Virus record (IMG/VR): IMGVR_UViG_3300044699_000100
Location: 779 to 64,778 of that record
Direction: 5' to 3' (one strand)
Length of the DNA: 64,000 bases
DNA from: a virus
Positions 10,908 through 21,765 of this stretch are shown here, piece after piece (position 1 is the stretch's first letter; each line of letters begins with the position of its first letter). The notes below the pieces were generated by a model. The model ran no database searches. It had not been told where the DNA came from and worked only from the letters and a program-made list of their open reading frames with translations. The position numbers and the translations under genes are program-made.

Positions 10908-12059
10908 ATGGTAGCCAAGGCGTTTAGTAGTAACATCGTTCCTCCTAGTGACCCCAATGTCGTAGTGCCAGCCGGTGTGAAAGCTGCTGCCGCAAGAGCA
11001 GATGCGGCCTTTAAGGCTGCTTATCCAGATCAAGTCCCTGCAGAAGCTAATCCTCCCGAGCCTTCTGCAGGAGGACCTGCAGGAGGTTCTAGTTCTGATC
11101 CTACGCCACAAGCTCCCAGCCCGCCACAGGCTGGAGAGCCACAGGTCAGAGAACATGAGCCTCCTGCTCCTTCGGCTCCACAAGAAGCACAGGGAGAAAT
11201 AAATTGGGAGCACCGCTTCAACTCTATGAAGGGGCGGCACGAAAAAGATCAAGAATACATCAAGCAGATGTCGGAGCAGATCAGCAATCTGCAAAACGTG
11301 CTTGCTACCATGAATGCTGCACCTCAGGCTCCTGTCAGGAACCGTGAGCTGCAGTTTGAGAGTTTGCTATCTGCCGAGGAGGTAAGCGAGTACGGCGAAG
11401 AGTTCCTTGGAGTTGTCGGTAAGAAAGCCCAAGAAGCGGCAACGCCATTAGTGCAAGAGCTTAGGCAAGAAATAGATGCGCTTAAGCAGCAAGTGGGTCA
11501 GGTTGGTGGGTCTATTGCCCAAAACGCTAGAGAGAAAATGCTTGCACAACTCGATGGTACCGGTATGCCATGGAGAGAGGTAAACAAGGACCCAAGATTT
11601 TTTCAGTGGCTGGCCTTGCCAGACACTTATTCTGGTGCTATACGTCACAATCTGCTGAAAGCTGCGTGGGAGCGGAACGATACCCCTCGTGCGGCAGCTT
11701 TCTTTCAAGGCTTCCTCGCTGAAGAGGCTGCCGTTGATCCCGCTAGGGGGAGCGATCCCCTAGGAAATGGGCCGAACGGTTCCCAAGCCCCCCTTACCTT
11801 TGAAGGTAATGGGCGCAACTCTGGAGCAAGTTCTGGAGTACAGAATGGGAAAGTTCCGCTAGAGTCCTTTGCGGCACCCGGCAGAGCCAAGTCAGCGGCA
11901 GGTAACCTCCCCGCTGAGAAGCCCCTTATCACACGATCCCAGATCACTAATTTCTATGCTCGATGCGCTGCGGGCCTGTACCGTGGCAACGAGCAGGAGA
12001 AAAACCGTCTCGAACGTATGATATTCGAGGCGCAGGCTGATGGAAGGATCACGGCTTAA
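10908..12059 (+). CDS. Capsid scaffolding protein (probable)
   Basis: Directly before the capsid gene. Pro-rich N-terminus and coiled-coil (WEHRFNSMKGR...). Confidence 0.7.
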   Translation: MVAKAFSSNIVPPSDPNVVVPAGVKAAAARADAAFKAAYPDQVPAEANPPEPSAGGPAGGSSSDPTPQAPSPPQAGEPQVREHEPPAPSAPQEAQGEINWEHRFNSMKGRHEKDQEYIKQMSEQISNLQNVLATMNAAPQAPVRNRELQFESLLSAEEVSEYGEEFLGVVGKKAQEAATPLVQELRQEIDALKQQVGQVGGSIAQNAREKMLAQLDGTGMPWREVNKDPRFFQWLALPDTYSGAIRHNLLKAAWERNDTPRAAAFFQGFLAEEAAVDPARGSDPLGNGPNGSQAPLTFEGNGRNSGASSGVQNGKVPLESFAAPGRAKSAAGNLPAEKPLITRSQITNFYARCAAGLYRGNEQEKNRLERMIFEAQADGRITA

Positions 12060-12115
12060 CTTCTTCGGGTAGAGTTTAATTACTCCCCGGAGATATTTTC
12101 TCAAAGGGGACAACT

Positions 12116-13177
12116 ATGCCAGTTGGTAATTATTTTCCAGTTGCACCGGTAGCGACTTCGGATCGTGTTCCGCCTTTTACGAATGCTACCCTTACCTATC
12201 CTGCCAGTAGCCCTAGTAATACGTTTGCAGCTACTGGCTTTATTCCGGAAATTTGGTCTGGGAAGCTGATCGAGAAGTTTTACGATAGTACTGTTCTCGC
12301 CGCTATCTCTAACACTGATTACGAGGGCGAAATTAAATCGTTTGGCGATAAGGTTAAAATTCGTTCCAAGCCGACGATTACCATTAGGGATTATACGGCG
12401 GATCAGGAGCTTCTGACGGAGCGTCCGACGGGTACCGTTATCGATCTGGTTATCGATAAGGGTAAGTACTGGAATACTATGCTTGACGACGTGATGCGGG
12501 TTCAGTCGGACCTTAACATTCTTTCTATGTGGGCCGACGACGCCGCCGAGCAGATGAAAATCACGATTGATAAATCTGTTCTTCTTGGAATGCTTGGAAC
12601 AGCGCATGCTGCTAATAGGGGCCTTACTGCTGGTGTAGCCACTGCCTCTATTAATCTTGGTGTTACGGGGACACCGCTTTCGGTGGTTGCAAATGTAGCA
12701 ACTCCTCCTATAGCAGCCGAAACCGATATCCTTGACGTTATCTTGCGTCTGGGTCAGGCGCTTGACGAGCAGAATATCCCTGAAACAGGGCGTTGGCTTA
12801 TTATCCCGCCTTGGGCAGCGACCCTGATCAAGCGTTCTGAGCTTCGTCAGGCTTATCTGTCGGGCGATGCGGTATCAATGCTGCGTAATGGCCGCATTGG
12901 CATGGTGGATCGCTTTACGATCTATACCAGTAACCTTTTGCCGAAGGGCGTGATTGTCGGTCCCCCGGCACTGGCAGCGAGTGAGACGGTGTTTTATGCT
13001 GGCCATCCGCATGCATTGACGTTTGCATCGCAAATGACCAACATGGAAATTATTCGTTCTGAGCGTGCGTTTGGTGACTTCCAGCGTGGTCTTCAGGTGT
13101 ATGGCTGGAAGGTCATTGCACCGGAAGCGCTGGCGCAGGCGGTTGTTATTCGCGATGTGGCTCCGGGCGTTGCCTAG
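12116..13177 (+). CDS. Major capsid protein
   Basis: 353 aa with FIPEIWSGKLIEKFY, NTDYEGEIKSFGDKVKI and RGLQVYGWKVIAPEAL, typical of HK97-fold (P22-coat-like) capsids. Confidence 0.9.
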   Translation: MPVGNYFPVAPVATSDRVPPFTNATLTYPASSPSNTFAATGFIPEIWSGKLIEKFYDSTVLAAISNTDYEGEIKSFGDKVKIRSKPTITIRDYTADQELLTERPTGTVIDLVIDKGKYWNTMLDDVMRVQSDLNILSMWADDAAEQMKITIDKSVLLGMLGTAHAANRGLTAGVATASINLGVTGTPLSVVANVATPPIAAETDILDVILRLGQALDEQNIPETGRWLIIPPWAATLIKRSELRQAYLSGDAVSMLRNGRIGMVDRFTIYTSNLLPKGVIVGPPALAASETVFYAGHPHALTFASQMTNMEIIRSERAFGDFQRGLQVYGWKVIAPEALAQAVVIRDVAPGVA

Positions 13178-13196
13178 TTAGGCATTAATCTTCTCC

Positions 13197-13221
13197 CCCC
13201 AGCCCGATACTAGGGCTGGGG
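13197..13221 (+). terminator. GC-rich hairpin after the capsid gene
   Basis: CCCCAGCCC-gatacta-GGGCTGGGG. The U-tract is weak and a palindrome copy abuts it at 13222. Confidence 0.5.
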
Positions 13222-13241
13222 TTACCTTTGGAGGTTAGATT

Positions 13242-13610
13242 ATGCCCGCGCTGGATACTGTCGGGAAGATAATCGACTACGCAAGGGTCCTCTTGCAGGA
13301 TACGCTTGCGCCGTATCGTTATCCTACCGCTGATCTTATCGCAAATCTTAATATTAGCCTTTTGGATGCACGCAGGCTGCGTCCGGACTTGTTTTTGTAT
13401 AATTCTACTGAAGTACCTTTTTATAGCGTTACCTCTGAAGTTGTCGATATTGATCAGCAATATCGTATGGCATTGGTTTATTTTGTTGCTGGACATGCAC
13501 AATTGCGCGACGAAGAAGATGTGACAGACGCTCGCGCTGCAGCTTTTATCAGTAAATTCACTTCGATGCTGACTGAGCCTATTATGCCTCAGAGCGTAGC
13601 AAGGCGATAA
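13242..13610 (+). CDS. Virion protein, head-tail adaptor-like
   Basis: Position after the capsid gene. ARVLLQD...RY...LNISLLDARRLRPDL. Confidence 0.6.
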   Translation: MPALDTVGKIIDYARVLLQDTLAPYRYPTADLIANLNISLLDARRLRPDLFLYNSTEVPFYSVTSEVVDIDQQYRMALVYFVAGHAQLRDEEDVTDARAAAFISKFTSMLTEPIMPQSVARR

Positions 13611-13614
13611 TTAG

Positions 13615-14241
13615 ATGAGCGCGTCTCTTGAGCGGTTTATGAATGATGTGCGGATGCGTCTTCCGGGCGCGTTGGACGACGCCATTAAGTGGGAGTTGTT
13701 TTATACACTGGATGAATTTTGCAAGGAGACTAACGCGTGGCAGGAGAAGATAATTCTTCCTGTTGCTCATGATGTATTTGAGTACGAGATTGAGCCGGAA
13801 GAGAACCGCGCGAAAATTGTAAGGTTGTTAGCTGTCACTGCAGGGTCTGGAGTGGATGAGCGGATAATTTATGACGCTACGTTGCCTGAGCCAGAGCTAT
13901 TAGTTTTGCATCGTGATCCCGGTGTTCCTCCTGAAGGGGAAATCAATACATATAACGTGCTGGTGGCATTGACGGTTGTGGACCCGGTGGACGCTTATGA
14001 TAGTTTACCGGACTTTCCGGATTGGTTTTTCATACACTATAAGCAGGAAATTAGTGATGGTGTTTTGTCCCGGATGATGAGTCAGCCTGCTAAGCCTTAT
14101 TTTTCAAGAGAAGGCTTTGCGTATCACGGGCGAAGATTTCGAAACGGTATGTCACGCGCTCGTGTGGCGGTGAACCACCAGAATGTCTACGGGGCGCAGC
14201 GTTGGAGGTTTCCACGGTTTGCTCAATGTGATGTTAGGTGA
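13615..14241 (+). CDS. Virion or tail adaptor protein
   Basis: Intact 208-aa ORF in the structural operon. Confidence 0.55.
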   Translation: MSASLERFMNDVRMRLPGALDDAIKWELFYTLDEFCKETNAWQEKIILPVAHDVFEYEIEPEENRAKIVRLLAVTAGSGVDERIIYDATLPEPELLVLHRDPGVPPEGEINTYNVLVALTVVDPVDAYDSLPDFPDWFFIHYKQEISDGVLSRMMSQPAKPYFSREGFAYHGRRFRNGMSRARVAVNHQNVYGAQRWRFPRFAQCDVR

Positions 14242-14247
14242 CACCAG

Positions 14248-14589
14248 ATGACCATTTGGCGCGGCTCACATTATAACGTGGTATTTAATCTTCGGCATTC
14301 CGATGACATGCTGCCTTTGGATATTACTGGATGGACTTTTAGAAGTCAGATACGGGATAAAAATTCTGACGAAGTGCCTATGATTGAACTAACAACCGAG
14401 AACGGTGGAATTAATATTATTGATGCTGTTAATGGGCAATTTGAGATCGATATAACTGCAGAGCAGAACGTGAATTTTTCACTTGGTAATGTAGTTGGTG
14501 ACTTATTTCATATGAACTCTGGGCCGGGACCTGAGAGATTATTTGGTTTTAGGGACCGTGTGAGGAGGCCAGTTACCCGCAATGAATAA
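14248..14589 (+). CDS. Tail or fibre attachment protein ([12 protein letters not shown]...[11 protein letters not shown] type)
   Basis: Motif is typical of small proteins that precede fibre genes. Confidence 0.5.
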   Translation: MTIWRGSHYNVVFNLRHSDDMLPLDITGWTFRSQIRDKNSDEVPMIELTTENGGINIIDAVNGQFEIDITAEQNVNFSLGNVVGDLFHMNSGPGPERLFGFRDRVRRPVTRNE

Positions 14590-15931
14590 GATGGTCACCT
14601 ACAGCGTAGACTCTGATTTTGAGATCGAACTCGATCAGAACACAGAGGTAACTGTTGTCCTGTCTGCGCGAGGGGCTTCGGGGCCTTCTGGACCTATTGG
14701 AGAGCAAGGCCCTCCGGGTCCTACTGGTCCACAAGGCCCTCCGGGTCCTACCGGTGCAACGCTTTTAATTATTGGCACGGTCGCTACAGAAGCAGAGCTT
14801 CCTCTTACGAATAATACTATAGGTGATGCTTATACTGTTACTTCGTTCAGTCCGGCGCATTTGTTTACATGTACTGCGTTACCTGCTACATGGGTAGATA
14901 CAGGCGTATTTCAGGGCGAACCCGGTCCTGTAGGGGCGACTGGGCCTACAGGAGCGCCGGGAGCAACGGGTGCTACTGGTCCTGCTGGTGCTACCGGTTC
15001 AACAGGAGCGACGGGAGCGGCGGGGGCTACCGGTCCAGCAGGATCGCCGGGAGCGACGGGTGCTACCGGCCCCGCTGGCCCGACTGGCCCTACTGGTCCT
15101 GCTGGTGCTACTGGTCCAGCCGGTGTGGCCGGTCCTGCTGGCCCTACTGGTCCGCAAGGGATCAAGGGTGATACGGGTGCAGGTGTTCGTGTTTTAGGCT
15201 CAGTTGCTGATTTGGTTAACTGTCCCACGACCGGTAATGCGGTGGGTGACGGTTATATTCTTACATCTTATACGCCTGATCACTTGGCTGTTTGCACGGC
15301 TCTTCCCAATACATGGACTGACGTTGGTGTATTTCAGGGACCGACTGGAGCTACTGGCACGACAGGCCCTACGGGGGCAACTGGCGCGACCGGTCCCGCT
15401 GGTCCCACAGGTCCTACAGGGCCTATTGGCCCCGCCGGTCCCGGCGTTATTCCCGGTGTTATGCCGACAGATGCTGGTAAGTTTCTTCGTAAAGGACCGA
15501 CCAGCACTACGGATACGGCTTGGATAACTATAAACAAAACAACGATTGGTCTTGAAAACGTCGATAATACGTCTGACGCCAACAAGCCAATTTCTACAGC
15601 TACAGCTACAGCGCTAGGTAACAAAGCCGATAAAGCCAATACAGTTACCGGTCTTGGGTTAGTTACCATTACTGGTGGGACGCTGGGTGGTAATAATATT
15701 ATTAACGTAGCGAAGGCTACGGTCCCTGAGCAGCAGGCTGGTACGCGCGATGACGTGGCGATGACGCCACTCGGGGCAGAGAACCATGCTGACGCTTGGG
15801 CTAAGCGTGGCATAGCTGGTGTGGTTGTTGGGGCTCCTGCTGTAGCTTATCCTCTTACGGTTGGCGGGTACGTTGGCGGGCTTGGCAACTACGTTGCAGC
15901 GCATACGTTTGAGGCGAAAGTACTGCTGTAG
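14582..15931 (+). CDS. Collagen-like tail fibre protein
   Basis: Long Gly-X-Y runs (GPT/GAT/GPA) interrupted by two copies of a roughly 50-aa module (G(T/S)VA...GD(A/G)Y...H..TCTALP.TW.D.GVFQG). Confidence 0.8.
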   Translation: MNKMVTYSVDSDFEIELDQNTEVTVVLSARGASGPSGPIGEQGPPGPTGPQGPPGPTGATLLIIGTVATEAELPLTNNTIGDAYTVTSFSPAHLFTCTALPATWVDTGVFQGEPGPVGATGPTGAPGATGATGPAGATGSTGATGAAGATGPAGSPGATGATGPAGPTGPTGPAGATGPAGVAGPAGPTGPQGIKGDTGAGVRVLGSVADLVNCPTTGNAVGDGYILTSYTPDHLAVCTALPNTWTDVGVFQGPTGATGTTGPTGATGATGPAGPTGPTGPIGPAGPGVIPGVMPTDAGKFLRKGPTSTTDTAWITINKTTIGLENVDNTSDANKPISTATATALGNKADKANTVTGLGLVTITGGTLGGNNIINVAKATVPEQQAGTRDDVAMTPLGAENHADAWAKRGIAGVVVGAPAVAYPLTVGGYVGGLGNYVAAHTFEAKVLL

Positions 15932-15936
15932 TCGCA

Positions 15937-17242
15937 ATGAACGATTACACTGTTGATCTTACATATGATACTAAAGCAGGACCGGCTTTTGTCGTTGGAG
16001 AAAGAGTTAACGGAGCTACTGGCTGGACAGCCAAGATCAAGTCTTTTACTTCTACGGTCTTAACTCTTAGGGAGAAAACCGGTCCCGCTAATCCCACCAA
16101 TAATGAGACTATAACTGGAACTACAAGCGGTGGGACTGCACTCGTCAACGACACCATTTTTCGCAATCAGAATTTTGACTCCACTGGCTCTACTGAGTTT
16201 CTCTACGATAATCATTACACCATGGCCGTCATAAACGAGGCCAAGGGATATACTTATACTAATCCATCTTCAGTTGGTAAAACCGATTACGCGCTTCTCG
16301 TGCAAGGCAGCCGTTCGGATTATCTAACTAGTACTGTCAAAGGCCAAAACCGGGGCGCTCGCGGTTCAGCTTTACGCTCATGCTTATGCTGACTCTTGTG
16401 CTATTAGTTGGTCAAACCGGTCTGTTTATAAGGCTGGAGCGGGTGGTACTACAGGGGCACGCACTGGCGTAGAGGGAAATTTAGTTTTAGTACACTCAAA
16501 TAATGCAACCTTAATGAATTTTGGTGGCATGGTTGGGAGTATTACTCCGTACGATGCTACTGCTAGTAAGACGGGACCACGTGGCGCTATGGCGTTTCGC
16601 GCCCAGCTTTCTACTCTGGACGCACAAGTGGACTTGGGAAGCGGCTTGGTAACTAACCCAGTTTTTGCCTATGGAGCCTATGTTGTAGAAGAAAACTATT
16701 CAGCTACTCCGGGTGCTGGCACCATAGGAGTAAAATATGCTTTTGCGGCACATAAGGACTTAAATAATTATCCTTATTTAAAGATCACGGGTTATGCTCA
16801 CCCAGATGGCCGAGGAAGAATACGCGCTACTGGTAGCGAGGCTAACCCAGCTTACGGAGCTATTGATAACGAAGCTACTGGCGCTGATTATCGTGGAACC
16901 GGAATGTGGTGTGACAATACTGATGTTGTCTTCTCGATAAGCCCAGCGGTTGAGCAAGATGGCGTTGAACGGCTTCGTATTAAAAATGATGGTATTTACT
17001 GGAAAGATACTGCCTTTTATGCTTCTTCGGTAAAATTGCTTGGTCCGAGGAAATCCGGTTGGGCAAGTGCTCCTACAGGTACTTTAAACCGTACTACCTA
17101 TGCTACTTATAATGCGCCGACAGCTAGTGCATCTTACAGCACTGTACAGCAGCAAGCGTTGATGAATGCTGTGGAGGCTGTTAGCGAGCGGCTGGCGGCT
17201 CTTATCACTGACTGTAGGTCTCACGGATTTATTGGAGCTTGA
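15937..17242 (+). CDS. Tail fibre or spike protein (frameshifted)
   Basis: ORFs 15937..16392 and 16514..17242 share one orientation and follow the fibre gene. Confidence 0.55.
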
Positions 17243-17243
17243 T

Positions 17244-17435
17244 ATGGACATACAGGCAGAAGTTAACGCTCGCGTAGCGCAGGCATTGGGTGATGCGATG
17301 ATCCGCAATATCGCACTTCAGGTGAATAACGAGGCTCTGCAAGCGGAAAAAGCTAGGATGCAGCAGCCGTTGGATAAATCCAACGTAGTGTATTCACAGA
17401 AGATGGATCAGCCGCCTAGAGAAGACAGAAAGTAG
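17244..17435 (+). CDS. Small coiled-coil hypothetical protein
   Basis: ATG directly after the upstream stop. Confidence 0.5.
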   Translation: MDIQAEVNARVAQALGDAMIRNIALQVNNEALQAEKARMQQPLDKSNVVYSQKMDQPPREDRK

Positions 17436-17453
17436 ATATTACCTTCAAAGGTA

Positions 17454-18414
17454 ATGGGAGGGTAGTTTTGACACTTTCTTTAAAACATTCAAAAGCTATC
17501 GACAAAGCAGACGGGCAGGACCCCGCCCTGCTGCAGCCGTCTGACTGGAATGCGCAGCATGTACTTAAAGTCGCGGCTAAAAAACTCGTCGGTAATACTA
17601 CCGACTCTGAAGCCTCTGCAGAGGAGGTTGCTCTTAGCGACGACTTTGAAATGGCAGGCGGTGTAGTAAGTCTTGCTACCAAGCTTAGTAACTTTGAAGT
17701 TGTCGTTGCTGACATTGACCCGGATAACCCCGAAAACGCGCGTGTCCTTATCACTACTCCGACAATTGCTTGGGACAAGTCAACTCCTGAGCAGATTGAA
17801 AGCGGATGTTGTCAATGACAGCATTACGCTTGCCAAGATGGAGCATGGGGAAGGCGGCGAGATACTTTTTTACAATAAAACTAGCTCTCCTATCGGTTCA
17901 CCGGGGCGGTTGCCAGTGGGTGATCCCGGCACTGTTTTAACTGAGACTGGTACTAATCCTGCGTGGAAATATTCTGGCGCTCCACATTGTGTGTTAATAG
18001 ATCAAAAAGACAACGGCGTGGAGGGTGGTACTTTTACTCAGGATGGTTGGCGTGATCGCGTAATTAATGTGCAGTTGTTTTGATCCTTATCATTGGGTAA
18101 CCTTCGCAGGTAATATCTTTACATTACCGATTGGGGAGTGGATTATTGAGTGGAGTTGCCCGGCACGATCATGTGAGATGCACCAAACGCGTTTGTTAAA
18201 TAATACAGATGCCGCCAAGCCCTTTGTGATGGGGTCTTCTGAATATGCGCCTGACAGTAATAATTCACAAACTAGGTCTGTTGGGATAACACAAGTTACT
18301 CACACAGTGGCTACCGGTTATAAACTCCAACATTATTGTACTAAAACCGGTACTTTTGGCAAAGCCGTAGGAGCTACCGGGGCGCTACTGCCAAAGAGAT
18401 TTATACCATTGTAA
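17454..18414 (+). CDS. Tail-associated protein (frameshifted into 3 fragments)
   Basis: LSLKHSKAIDKADGQDPALLQPSDWNAQH N-terminus and a C-terminal beta-rich domain, both seen in phage tail proteins. Confidence 0.5.
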
Positions 18415-18443
18415 AAATCTGGCGAACCGGTGAGACGTAAATT

Positions 18444-18653
18444 GTGGTGCAACGTGCACATGTCACAAAATCAATAGTTAGTGGGTTTCAGGGTGCGCCT
18501 TCTCTACTTCTTATTGTTGTGCTTAACGTGGCGATGATACTAACTGGCGGATATTATATGCTGCAGCAAGATCGCCTTCGGAATGAAGTTAACTCTCAGT
18601 TATTGGTTTACTGGAGAAATGCGTTCTTAAAGATAAATGAGGTAACCTTATGA
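18444..18653 (+). CDS. Small single-TM membrane protein
   Basis: Hydrophobic stretch PSLLLIVVLNVAMILTGGYYML. Confidence 0.45.
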   Translation: MVQRAHVTKSIVSGFQGAPSLLLIVVLNVAMILTGGYYMLQQDRLRNEVNSQLLVYWRNAFLKINEVTL

Positions 18654-18928
18654 CGAATAGAATTATGCAGTTTTTTGCCTACGCGCATCTAAGGCCAGAA
18701 CTGCAGGAGATAAGCCGTCCGTTCGGGGAGTTGGCTGAGTGGATTGTTGAGACGCTTCCAGACAACGCAGAACGTACTACCGCTTTGCGTAAATTGTTGG
18801 AAGCTAAGGACTGTGCGGTGCGTGCTTTGCTCTATAGGGAAGACAAAGCGGAACTTACTCCCCAGCGGCGTGACTATAAGAAACAAGGAGACGACGATGG
18901 GTACAGAGACCTATCCGCAGAAGACTGA
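18650..18928 (+). CDS. Small helical protein resembling the Acb2/Tad1-hairpin sponge-like families
   Basis: FFAYAHL...SRPFGELAEWIVETLPDNAERTTALRKLLEAKDCAVRA. The family link is recalled from memory. Confidence 0.5.
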   Translation: MTNRIMQFFAYAHLRPELQEISRPFGELAEWIVETLPDNAERTTALRKLLEAKDCAVRALLYREDKAELTPQRRDYKKQGDDDGYRDLSAED

Positions 18929-19076
18929 ACCCGAGCAGGAGGATGTGTTTATCAAGCTTTCATCGGAGCGCCGGATACCGAGGTATATCGTACAGGTAAG
19001 CGATAACCCTGACGATCTTCCGCCGCCTCCACTTAAACCCGTTAACTACGACACAAAGGAGAGTGAAAATGGCTAG
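18897..19076 (+). CDS. Hypothetical protein
   Basis: Short ORF overlapping both neighbours in the operon. Confidence 0.4.
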   Translation: MGTETYPQKTEPEQEDVFIKLSSERRIPRYIVQVSDNPDDLPPPPLKPVNYDTKESENG

Positions 19077-19533
19077 AGAATTGGCTAGGGTTAAGCAGAC
19101 CGAAGTAGACGCACCTGCTTCTGCAGAAGGGCTTGTTGAGCCTGTATATGATGTAGCAGTTGATGAACTGACCCATGAGGAGGTTCAGATATTAGCTACT
19201 GAAGTTCAGAAAGAAAAGCAGGCAGCGCGTAATGAAGAGGTAGTGGATCAGAAGATACAGGCAATAAATTCCAAGATAGCAGCCGAAGAAGCGTGGGATA
19301 AGAAAGTGGCTAAAGTCGAGGCTAAGGTCGATAGGATTGTAGCTCCGTTTAAGGGGTACGAAACTATAAAAGCCGAGACTAGGAAATTGGACGAGGCTCA
19401 GCTTAAGGTATATGAAGCTAAAGAGACGAAGCTCAGAGGATTGATGCTGAGAGGGAAAGCACTGCAGCATCTGAGGCTAAAAGGGTTGAGGCCAAGCCCG
19501 TCGAGCCAAAGAAACCTGCTTGAAACTAAGTAG
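19063..19533 (+). CDS. Coiled-coil hypothetical protein
   Basis: Intact 156-aa ORF with an AAGGAG SD. Confidence 0.6.
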   Translation: MKMARELARVKQTEVDAPASAEGLVEPVYDVAVDELTHEEVQILATEVQKEKQAARNEEVVDQKIQAINSKIAAEEAWDKKVAKVEAKVDRIVAPFKGYETIKAETRKLDEAQLKVYEAKETKLRGLMLRGKALQHLRLKGLRPSPSSQRNLLETK

Positions 19534-21745
19534 ATGGTTGCCTTCAAGATAGATATCTTTGGGGGTATGTTTCCGGCAATGAGCGATGAGCTTTTGCCGG
19601 AACGTGCTGCTGCGCACTCAGAAAATACATGGTTATATTCTGGGAGTCTGGTAGGTTTACCGGCTCCCAAATCACTTAGAACTTTGTTGATCCCGGACTC
19701 CTCCAAGGTTTATCGTATTCCTGCGACATATGACCGGTCTGCTTATTTATATAATTCGCTTTGGATAGAGTTTACCAACGGGGATACGGATGTAATCCGT
19801 GCGCCTGTGTTTAACGATACGCACGACAGATATTATTATGCTTCAACGTCGCTTCCTCCAAGGTATAATACTCGTGCACGTATAGAGGCTGGCGCAAATA
19901 ATTCACTTGACAGTCGTTCTTGGCTGTTGGGAGTTCCTCCACCGACCGTGGCTCCTAGCCTTGAAGTTGCTGGAGGCTCAGTTAAGCTGAATAACGTACG
20001 CGTAGCGACTACTGTAGCTGGAGTACTAAACAAAGACTTTATTGCAGGTAAGAAAGTTGATGGCGTAGAGCTAAAAGTAGACGACAGGATTTTTATTAAG
20101 AACCAAGTTGCTGCCAGCGATAACGGTATTCGTATTGTTGTAGCTGGAACGGGGACGCCTCCTGTTGGGACACCTCCCCGTGCAGAAGACATGGATACTG
20201 CGGATGAATTTGTTAATAGATATTTTAAAGTTACAGAAGGCACAGTCAACGGTGGTTCTACGTGGAAAATTACCAACGAAACTAATCCGGTTTTAGGTAC
20301 GACCGCCATTACGTCCAAGGAGATTTCAGAATTACCTTTGCAGGTAACGAGGTCGTATGTTTATACATGGGTGACAGAATACAAAGAGGAAAGCGCCCCC
20401 AGTCCTCCTGTTGTAGTGACAGGCATTCAGGATGGCTCGTGGAACTTAGATGGTTTTGAAATTCCGCCTGCTTCGAACCGGGGTTTGCCGCTGATCATAA
20501 TGCTGAAAGGTGGATAACTAAAACTAGAATATATCGTACTATTACTTCGGCCTCGGGAGTGGCTTCATTTTTCTTGGTAGCCGAGCAAGACTGCACGATA
20601 AATTTTTATAAAGACACTATTGAGGACGACGAAGTATCCTCCAATGCTTTGCTGGAAAGTTTTGCTTGGACGCCACCGCCTGAGGACCTCAAGGGCTTGG
20701 TGGTGATGTGGAACGGCATTATAGCTGGCTGGCGTGAAAACGAACTATGGATGAGCGAGCCATATAGACCGCATGCGTGGCCAGCTTCATATACATTAAC
20801 GATGGAATATCCTATTGTTGGCCTAGGCGTATCGGGACAAACTTTAGTTGTTTGCACTGTTGGCTATCCAGCCGTAGTTAGTGGCGCTCTTCCAGAGCAT
20901 ATGGGCACTGCCAAGGTCGCTGTTTTTGAGCCGTGCGTCTCGCGTGGGAGTATCTTAAGTTCAGATGCTGGTGTGTTGTTCGTAAGCCATAATGGGTTAA
21001 TAGCAGTTACTCAAAAAGGTGCGACTAATATAACCAAGGATTTGGTTACACGGATAGATGGCAGCAGCATACCAAGGAGGCAAAGCTAAGGGCTGCTTGG
21101 CTGGGACAAGCTTATTATGCGTTTGGTGGAGTCGTTCCGGGTGTGTTTGAACCTACCGCATGGGCTGGCTCACACAATGATTTTAAGCCTGATCTTATTA
21201 CCCCCATGGAAGACTGGGTATCCAAGGTGGACTATACGGGGGCGCATAATGGTGTTTTGATTGATCCTGCAGACACGCGCGTTGCTTTTAATCTACTCAC
21301 AAGCGACTCCCCTGTTTTTGGCGTGCAGAACGATCCATGGTCGGGAGAAGTGTTTTTAATTCGTGATGGAGAGGTTCAGTGGATTGACATTAGCGATCTA
21401 GAAAACCCTGTTGAGCCGTTTATCTGGAAGTCTAAAGTATATCAAACCCTCGATAAGAAAAATCTCGCGGCGATGCGGATTTTCTTTAAGGAGACGTTTG
21501 GGCTTCCTGCGCTGAACGATATCAGGAACACTAACCCTCAAGAAGAACTTAGTGACGATCTGTGGGGGCTTTGCCGGTTTTATGCCGATGGGGAATAAGA
21601 TACACCCAAGAGCTTAGAGAGTCAGGCGAGTTATGGAGATTGCCTCTGGGTTTTTGTATGATTTCTTTCAATACGAAGTGGAGACGAGACTTAAGATACT
21701 TAGCATTCAACTTGCTTCAGCGTTAAGGAGCTTGGAAGCGTATGA
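19534..21745 (+). CDS. Tail nozzle or stabilisation protein (tail tubular B / P22 gp10-like), frameshifted
   Basis: FKIDIFGGMFPAMSDELLP N-terminus, GWRENELWMSEPYRPHAWP, CVSRGSI and FIWKSKVY. Fragments 19534..20517, 20559..21089, 21143..21598 and onward. Confidence 0.7.
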
Positions 21746-21765
21746 CCCACACCGCAGCCCATATT

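Noticed and set aside
14869-15813. Alternative-frame and antisense ORFs over the collagen-like fibre gene
   Set aside because: They are shadows of Gly-X-Y codon periodicity.
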